NCBI GenBank assembly: GCA_964187785.1
Contig: OZ076409.1
Location: 18,416,001-18,480,000, forward strand
DNA: 64,000 nt
DNA from: Amphiscolops sp. MND2022
Taxonomy: Eukaryota
Direction of reading: 5' to 3'
Program-made: the position numbers and the translations under genes
The notes under the pieces: model-generated
What the model saw: the letters and a program-made list of their open reading frames with translations, nothing else
Database searches by the model: none
Told to the model about the DNA's origin: nothing
Part shown: piece by piece, positions 12,034 to 21,500 of the stretch
Position numbering within the stretch: the stretch's first letter is position 1
How the letters are laid out: every line of letters starts with the position of its first letter

Positions 12034-12188
12034 TATCGAATAGAATTGGCGTGGGGGAAAACAATACTTGCAGGAAGTTTCTATTCGATGTATACTTCAG
12101 ATGAAAGCTTATCGAATAGAAACTTCCTGCAAGTAGTGTTTTCCCCCACGACACTTCTATTCGATAAGCAATCATCTGAAGTATACAT
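12034..12188. repeat. Nested, overlapping inverted repeats (two alternative long hairpins)
   Basis: 12034-12089 matches the reverse complement of 12111-12166 at 53/56 positions. 12088-12121 matches the reverse complement of 12155-12188 at 32/34 positions. Confidence 0.9.
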
Positions 12189-12297
12189 ACAACAATTAGG
12201 TTAACATAAATAACACAACGACATTATATAACAGTATTAATAACTAACTACATATATATAACTGCATCAACGTGGATACGTAATCAACTAGAGCAGC

Positions 12298-14902
12298 TTG
12301 GGCACAAAAAAGGTAGAGAATTCTGGAAATGTCATAAGAGACTATTCAAAGATAAGTTTGAGAATATTGGCATTGTCAGTAACAAAAATGGCGAGCTTTT
12401 GTGCGATCCAATGTCCATTTCACAAGAATTTCGCAACACTTTTTTCGAAGGCAGGCATCTTGAAGGAAACGATTTCCATGACTGGCAACCAACTGTTGAT
12501 TACACTATACCTGAGTTATGTCATGAACTTGACCGTGATTTTAGTATGGTCGAACTAAATGAAGCCTTGAAAAATTGCAGATCTTCTTCATTTGACAATG
12601 ACATGATTCATGTTACCATGTTGAAAAAACTGGGAGCCAACATGAAAAATTTATTGCTCTTCATGTTCAACACACGTTGGATCACATCCACATGGCCTTG
12701 GAACATATCTAGGATCACTCTTATAAAAAAGCCGGGAAAGAAATCCTACAAACAATGCTCCAGCTATAGACCATTATCTATTTCTAGCCATGTTGGAAAG
12801 TTATTTGAGAGAATGATTTCTGCTAGACTGAAGCTTTACTTCGAAACTCACAATATCCTTGATGAAGAACAAGAAGGTTTCAGTACTCATCGGAGCACTA
12901 CCCGTTCTTTGTATCGTATGCATCTCGTATAAGAGGAAGCAAAGCGTTCGAAAAAGCCGACTGCACTACTGAATATTAATCTGGAAAAGGCCTTTGATAG
13001 TATTTGGGTCCAAGGACTGCTTTATAAACTTGAATCGGTGAATTTGCCCCACAGGCTGCTTTGTATCATATCATCCTTTCTTAGCAATCGGAAGGGATTC
13101 ATTGATATCAATGGCCATTACACTGAACTTTTCGATATTAATGTTGGTCTCCCCCAAGGCAGTGTGCTTTCCCCTCTTCTTTTTATTTTTTACCTCAGTG
13201 ACTTCTTATCCGAAGTCGAGGTAAAGTTCAAATTTGCAGATGACAGCTCGGCTATCATCTCTGCTTTTAACACAGATACCTTACATTCAGCTCTACAAGC
13301 TATTTGTCATAATATAGAGTTTTGGTGCAAAAAGTGGAGAATGGTAGTTAATGGGTTTAAAACTGAGCTACTTCTTTTGAATTGCTTCGCTGACAACACT
13401 CAGCCAATCCTTCTCAACGGGGAGCGATGCAAGACGAAGCAAACTACTAAATCTCTGGGCTTAACTATAGACACTAACCTCACCTATAGAGAGCACACGT
13501 CTATTACGGCCTCGAAAGCTTTAACTAGCTGGAGGCTGCTTAAGAGTAAATGCTCTAACAGGTGGGGCCTCAGTATACCAACACGAGCCTATTTGTATAA
13601 AACCATAATCAGACCACAGTTAATATATGCGGAGCCGATATGGGCCCAAAGAAACTATGCAGGCCTACAGGTTGTACAAAATCGAATCATTCGCTCCATA
13701 ATGAAACACAGCATGTCTCCAAAGATAACAGCTATTGAAGTGTTGATGGGGATTCCTCCTTTAGACATTTATTGTTCTTCAATTGAAATAAAACTTTTGA
13801 TCAAATCAGTGAATAAAGATGATTTAGTTACCGCGACGCATGTCAAAACATTGACTAGACCCAGTAGTCTCTCCGGGTTCCGGACGTTTCGGCACAAGAC
13901 GTTTCGGCAACAAGATGGCGGAAGACGTTTCGGCAACTTTTTGTTGCCGAAACGTCTTTGGTGCCGAAACGTCTTCACAGCAGGTGAAAGACGTTTCGGC
14001 AACATTTTGTGACTTTTTTTGACTTCTTAAGAATAAATTTTTACTTTTCGTGAATGTCTCGCAAAATTTTCAGTACTTTCCCCTTCTAATGTGGGGGCAT
14101 ATTCGGTGTATTCACGCTCGCCCTCACCGTCGCAAAGACCAGCTCCCACTACGATCGCTTCGCGATCTCCGTTTCCGCTAGGTCTTTGCTCCTGTTCGAC
14201 CTCGCTTAGCAAGATGGGAATATAAGCGGCCCCAAGGGGCCGCGGGGCACTAGAGGAAATGGGGACATATATGGGGCACGTTTCATACTAAAGAAAACTA
14301 CAGATTATTCTTCTTGTTGCCGAAACGTCTTTGGTGCCGAAACGTCTTCACAGCAGGTGAAAGACGTTTCGGCAACATTTTGTTGCCGAAACGTCTTCCG
14401 CCATCTTGTTGCCGAAACGTCTTGTGCCGAAACGTCTTGTTCCCGTCTCTCCTCCCTTCTCCTAAGCAAACTGAGAAGATTTGAAAGAACTCATATGTCT
14501 CATTCTTACACTCGAGACTCCATCAATGCCTTCATCAGGGATAATTGGAACCGCAGATGGAACAGTCCGTATAATGACAATTTCCTCAGGAATTTCATTT
14601 CCAACTTGCCACAAGAAACGATTCATTCACCTTTACTGGACGGAAACCCTTTGATTGCCAATATGATAAGCGATCTTCTCATCGGAAGCTCACGAAGATT
14701 AGCTGAAAATTTATGGAAACTGAGCTGCACACCATCGCCCATGTGTCTTTGTGGAACGTCAGAGCAGAACAGCTACCACTATTTCTTCTATTGTCCAAAT
14801 TATTGTAATTTCAGACCCTTTCATCTCAATTCTCTTGATTTTTTCCTCTCTGATGACTGTGCCATTATTAGAAATTTCATCTCCGGTACAAATATTTTTT
14901 AA
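12298..14902 (+). mobile_element. 5'-truncated LINE ORF2 (RT + C-terminal CCHC), related to the LINE at 2014-7745; interrupted by a type C MITE
   Basis: Begins LGHKKGREFW (cf. LGHKRGKEFW). Motifs YRPLSISSHVGKLFER, GLPQGSVLSP, FADD and CLCG...YHYFFYC. Nonsense TAA at 12930-12932. Confidence 0.9.
13875..14444. mobile_element. Foldback/MULE-like MITE, type C (GACGTTTCGGCA arrays), with the shared core inverted at ~14088-14283
   Basis: 8-bp TSD GTCTCTCC at 13867-13874 and 14445-14452. Termini GGGTTCCGGACGTTTCGGC and (rc) GGGAACAAGACGTTTCGGC. Removal restores TRPSSLSSLLLSKLRRFERT. Confidence 0.85.
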
Positions 14903-14913
14903 TGAACTGAAAC

Positions 14914-15149
14914 GGGTGGCTATGAATAGGTCGAATTTTTTTGGTTGAAAGGACTGAGGTCGAACCTTTTGATCGAATTACAGGGATCGAATGGAATGCG
15001 GTCGAATTTTATCGTATTTGTTGTATGGCTCGGTCGCTTCGCTCCCTTCGCCAAGAAGCAACATTGAGGCATGGCCATATGGCACGTCGCTTCGCTTCGC
15101 TCCTGCATTCAGGGCACTAGGGGTATGTGAACATATCTGACTACGTTAT
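14914..15149 (-). mobile_element. Truncated type E MITE
   Basis: Matches 11613-~11850 from the GGGTGGCT terminus through the GCGAAGC core. The other arm is missing. Confidence 0.8.
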
Positions 15150-15578
15150 CGTAATGTTATACATATATAACCCAAACCCAAATATCGTCAACCCAATTAA
15201 TTGGCAACCCTGAGTCAAACTTTCTACGTTAATAGGACGACTGATAAAAGAAATTATGGATAAAAGGAACCCTTTTCTCACCGCCCAATGAGTTTTTTAT
15301 CCGAGTTTGACTATCTTTCTTCAGTTATTCCAGATTTGCTTCTAATAATGAACATGGAACCTAAAAAGCAGAAATATTGTGCCCACAGGGGCCTATTTTG
15401 ACCGATACCAACCAGGTACTTACTAAATAAAAAGTGTTTCAATTGAACGAGACCAGTAGCGTTGAATTGAGATCAAGCTTTTCAGATCATTGAGGCAGTC
15501 TTTATCGGGGGAAAACTATTTGCAATACCATATCTATACGAGAATTTCAATTCAATTTCACACTATTTCAGAAAAAAA

Positions 15579-18500
15579 ATGTTTCACAATGCTCAGCGAC
15601 CTAAAGACGGAGAATACACAAAGACAATATACGACCTGATCAAAGATCAACGTTATGCAGAGGTTGTAAAGATTTTGTCGGCGGAGTTGAATCAAAATTG
15701 CAGATCTCGCGCAGCATTATCTATTTTGGGATATTGCACCTATCAGATGCAGCACTACGAAGAAGCTGCTGTGTATTATCAGCGTTTGGTTGACCTGTGC
15801 CCTAACAATGAGCATTATGTGATGTATTTGGCCCAATCGCAGTATAAGTCATGCCAATATCAGGAGGCTATGAATAGTGGTGCGTAATTTTTGCTGCAAT
15901 AAATATTCAGTGTCGGTTTCATTGAGCTGACTCGACCTCCGAATATCTAACTGATTTTCGACAATCAAAACTAGTCAGTTGTTTAAATTGATATTCCGAG
16001 GTTTTAAATGAAGTTCCTGGAGAAAAGTTTCACCTCAGGTTATAGTTGTGTATAATGCGATGGGTTCATACGGAGAACCCGTTCAATTTTCCATAACCCT
16101 TCTGTAAGTTAACTGGGGCGTAGGAGCAAAAAAAATGTGATCAATTAGAGGTAACCAAATTTACCATGACTGAAAAAATTACATTGCTATTCCATTCAAT
16201 GACGAAATTTGAAAGCTCAGTTCTAAGGTGATTTACAATGCCTTAACGTTTACAGCTGTTCAATTGGATGATGCTAATTCTGAGTTTGCGGACAGCGTAA
16301 AGAAACTGCAGGCTGCTATCAAGTATGGCGAGGGAGAGATTCAAGCGGCCAAAAGTCTCGTGGATCAAAGCTCAAGCGGAGATGCTGATAAGCATGTCAA
16401 TTATGGCTGCATACTTTACAAGGTAGTGTTTTGTTTTATTACGTGTCTACATATCTTAATCTTCGATTTTTGCCGAGTTCTTGTTCCAAGTTCACTGAAG
16501 TTACAAGTAGGGAGTCTCGTTCAACATACAGTACAACTCATACAGTAAAATTCGCTTGTATCTAACCCTCATTGGCTTTAAAAATTGGCATCATCCAGTT
16601 AATTCTGATTTATCCTCTTACTGTTTTCTTCGGTCCCTTGTGGCATGTTATGGAGGCAGATCCCGTCTTACCTCGGATATAACGCCAAAAACTTGGATAG
16701 TATTGAAAAAATTATTGGTGGATATACAGTCGAACTCGGATAAAAGAAACATTCGGACATAAGAAACGTTTTTACACCTCCGCTTTTATGCAAGACAAAC
16801 TTTCCGCGTTAATAAGGCAACTGATAAAAGAAACTATGGATAAAAGAAACTCTTTTCTTACCGCCCTATGTGTTTCTTTTATCAGAGTTGGACTGTATAT
16901 TGAGAAAGCAGAGTTTCAGACGAAAATGAGAATTTTGACAGTCTCATAGTGCCGAAAAATCTAAAAGGGCTTTTTGGATCTTTGGGCTTTTTAAACATTG
17001 GAAAATTTTTGAAAAAAAGTCTCACAGAGCCGAAAAATGGAAAGGGGACTTTAGTCTCGTCCGGTGTTGTATGTTACGTTAAAATAGAATGAACGAATGA
17101 CCCTTTGCGCTAACTTCGATGCGTTTCTGCTGGCCGGTCCAGTAGTTTAGTAGTTTCTGTAAAAGTGTCCACTACGCATACATTCTGGTATCTGACGAAT
17201 TAAGCTTGCCACTGTAACAGCCGCGATCATTTTCTACTAAAATACCGCGACTAAAAAGACCTTTGCGAACCAGGGTGAACTTTGGCTCTGCTGCACTGCG
17301 AACATGGTTTAATTTCTTTGAATTACAGGAGGGTAAATACGAAGAAGCACTGAAACACTTCTTGGACGCTCACAACATTCAAGGTTTCAAGCCCGATCTT
17401 AGCTACAACATTGCCCTCTGTTACTACAAGAAGACAGATTATGCCCAATCGTTGAGGTATTTGTCTGAGATCATTGAACGAGGAATCAAAGATCACCCTG
17501 AGCTGAGTGTGGGAATGGCCACTGAAGGATTGGAAATTCGAAGTGTCGGCAATACCTTGGCTCTTCAGGTGAGACATGAACAATATGTATGGCCCTAATA
17601 TGGTCGTTGACCCTGATTCATTTTTTTAGTCTTATATTTTCCAGCGTTTTTATAGTGTTCTGATTGAAAGAAGCAATAGGCTTAAGGCTCAAAAGCCGAA
17701 TCTGATGAAAAGTAAATTACGTGTGACGACGGCTGGTATTTTTGAACTTCGTGTGTAATTCATACAATTTCATCGAATGATCAGTAAAATGCATATACGA
17801 ATAAAATCCTGTTTCGTTTTTACATTTTTTTTTCAATTTCATGATTCTTAGCAAGAAAATCTGCATTATAAGGATCAATTTGTTCATGAGCTGCTTTGAG
17901 ATGAAGACTTTTTCTGCATTGTCCGCTGTTTCGATCGGGAATAATTATGATGCTATTCTTTCAGGAAACTGCTCTGGTTGAAGGCTTCAACCTGAAAGCA
18001 GCTATAGAATTTAGACTGCGCAACAACGAGGGGGCAGTCGAGGCCTTGACCGATATGCCGCCCAGGTCAGAAGAGGAGCTTGACCCTGTGACCTTGCACA
18101 ACCAGGCGCTGATTAACTTCGAGAGCGAGCCCACTGCCGGTTTCGAGAAGTTCCAGTTTCTCATACAGCAGTCTGACTTTCCCCCAGAAACCTTCGCCAA
18201 TCTACTCATTATGTATGTCAAGTATGATTACCTTGACTTGGCCGCTGATCTGCTGGCCGAGAATAATGATATCCTGACCCAGAAGGTAAATTGGCAAAGT
18301 AGTTTTTTTGAGCTTTGTCTTCGCTGAGCATTTTTGGCGATTGCTGTGCAGCGTCGAATTATGTAGGATCCAAAATGAAGCAAAATCATGTAGGATTGAA
18401 TCGTGACTTGATTTTGTCTAAGATCGAAAGTTTAAATTTCAAATATTACACCATACCTTTAGTGCCCTAAATGCAGAAGCGAAGCGAGGTGCCACTACTT

Positions 18501-21500
18501 GTTCAGCGGAAGGAGAAAGGCCGAGTCGTAAAACCAATTTTTGTTTCTAAATATATAATGAAGTTATCCTTTTCGGTCCTGTATAATTCGATTCTAAATA
18601 ATTAGACTCTGGAGAGTCAACTCCATTTTTCTTACAGCTTTGTCATCGCTAAACTATGACTTATATACGCTTAATAATTGTATTTTCAACCAACAAACTC
18701 AGTCCGAGAAGAATCAAGGGCGGTGAAACCTGCTATACGTAGTGATTATTGATGCGCTTTGTAATGAATTACTAAGAGTGTATAGTTATTGATTTGTTGT
18801 TTTCCGCCCACATATAATGGGGGAGGAAAATCATAATCCTTGTTGCGTTTTTTTTTGCACATGACGAAGTCAATGTGCATTGCAGTCCAGCTAAGTAAGT
18901 TTTTTTTCCACTATAGTCAACTTCATAATGAGCGCCTTTTAGAAAAAAGCCAAAACCCCAGAGAGATTCGAACCTGCAGCCTCCCGATTGTACGGCATAA
19001 GTGTTGACCACTGTGCCATAGGGACGTTATTGAACAAAGTTGAACTGTTGAATATATACGCATGCGATTAAAATAATATATATACGCATATTAAAATAAT
19101 CGATGTCTTCGTCATGTGTTGCGAAGCACCGCTTCGCCTCTGTGTACAAATTCTGCCAAAACTCCACTTTATTACTCCATTTAGTAACACGGCATAATTT
19201 GGTAACACGCATTTACGGTAAACCCTCGATTATCCGCCACCTTTGGTCAACCGCCTCAAATCTACCGGGACATTTTGCTATAACACCCGTGTCTAAGCTC
19301 CCTTGATTAACCGCCACTCTCACTTATCCGCCATAATTCGCGCTGGACCGATGGTGGCGGATAATCGAGGGTTTACTGTACTCCATTTAGTAACTCCATC
19401 TAGTCACCATGGCGGAGTTGGTAGTGCGTCTGCCTGGCAGACACGGGGTCGTGGGTTCGAACCCGTGATGATGCGTTACATTTTTAGCAGAAAATATCCC
19501 GGTGCTAGCGGGCGTCTTGTTATTATTGAACATTGAAGTTAATGGTTATCGTAGCCAAAAGGAGAAATGTCACTGTGCCCCGAAGGGGCCTATTTTCACA
19601 TCAGCGGCAACAATAAAATGCCCAATCATGCTATATTCTTTTTTGGTTGAAGTTACTCTTTCAAAAACTAAATCGAGTTATTGCTTACTCTCAGACCATA
19701 CCTTTCAGTGAACAAGAATTTGAAAGAAAAACAGTTTAGTTAGTAGCAAAAATAGCGATGTCAAAACCATGTGCAATATCAATTTCACTTTTTTTGATTT
19801 TATTCATAGAATAGTGGTGGTTTGTCTATAAAGCACGAGAAGTTTGTTTCCAGGATAACCCATATCTGACTCAGTGGATGCTCGATTTCTTCGAAGCTGT
19901 CTTAATGGCGGAAACATCGGCGGAAGATGCTTATGCCAAGTTTGACGACATGAATGCCCGAATAACTGATGATTTGCGCAAGATCACCAAACTTGTGCAA
20001 GATTATCGTCAGAACCGCGAGGACGAAAAAGGTTAGACACTTTTTTAACGTTTGTGAAAAGTCCTCATTATGATATTCAGTTTTTTCAACACCTTGTTGA
20101 CACTGTGTTAATTTCCATAATGATGCTTTTTAGTTTTGGGCATCATGATGCCAAATCTAGCCGCTAGTATAGTCTTTTACTCTGTTCAGTTTCTTTTCCT
20201 TTCTAATATGATTCATGAGCATTTATATTATGTTGTAAATAAGATCAACCTGGATCGCTTTTCACGAGACCAAATTAATCATTTAATATCTATAGTATCT
20301 CGGTTTTTACTTGCAAGTAAAATCTTTGCAAAAAGTCTGAAAACCCCCAAGAGCTAGAGCCCACTCAACTCAACGATGACTTAGTCAAATTCTAGATTGG
20401 AGTTCATAAATAACTGAAGCAAAGAGACGGAGCAATCAATATTTATACATTTGAATTTGCACCACACCAAGGTTAAAATCCCTCCCAGATAAGGCTTACT
20501 TCCTCTACAACATGAAAATGCTTCTAGTCGTGCAACAGTATAGATGCGTAGATGCGGACGATGAAAATGAGAAAAATCTATCATGGTATACATTCAGAAC
20601 CATTGACACTAGTTTGAATAGCACCTTGTGTTGGTCTAAACCTGGGTAGTTTGACCAATTGGATTCTGGCTGGCTGCGAAGCAGCTGAAAATGTCAAAAA
20701 GTGAATAATGTCAATTCAAGACCACTCAGTGCAGTATTTCGATGATTTCGCCGTTCTACCCCTTCTACTTTAGACTGAAGCTATCTAGAGGTCATAGACC
20801 GATTAATTACTCATACAGTTTAACGCATGGATAGAATTTTTTAAACATGCTGTTCCATGGATGATATAATCCCTGTAAAATCATTACAGCATCTTTGTAG
20901 TTTCTGCCTCTATCTAATCGATCAAAAATGAGGTATTTTTGAAAAAGTTCCAGCTTGTCGCAATGAACAAAATTTATTTGGGCGGAAGTATCGGTGACAT
21001 TGAAACAGAATAATAAATGCTTGTTGGCTGATTCTTGAAGCAAATTCGCTCGGACGAAACTTCATTTTGAAAGAATTAAATACCAACAGACTCAGTACAA
21101 AATCACAACTAATATATTCAAGTTACTAAATTTGAAGACATAAATGACTACTACCATGATCAAACTAATATATAAACTAATATTGTAACCTTCACACTAT
21201 CGGTCAGAAAGCACGCATTAGTACCTTCAAGAACTTTCTGTAGACAAATATCTACAGTTCTCTCTGAGTTCTTTGAAGATTGAGCTCGTAGATTGCACCA
21301 TTCTTTGCACCCGTATAAGTTTTCGATGAGTCATTTCGAGTTTGATTTGCTGTCGACCCAAAAGGTTGTCGATTTCCTTCCAGAAGAACCATCACTCCCA
21401 AAGAAGGGGTCAGAATAGGAAAAAGAGAAGCTGGGAGAGCCGAAACCTTTTGCATTATATGGGGTTTCATATTGGAATATTCCACCTGAAGAGTAGTCGA

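Noticed and set aside
18956..19470. Functional tRNA genes
   Set aside because: A/B boxes are present, but the acceptor and anticodon arms do not form a clean cloverleaf and both segments sit inside a repeat.
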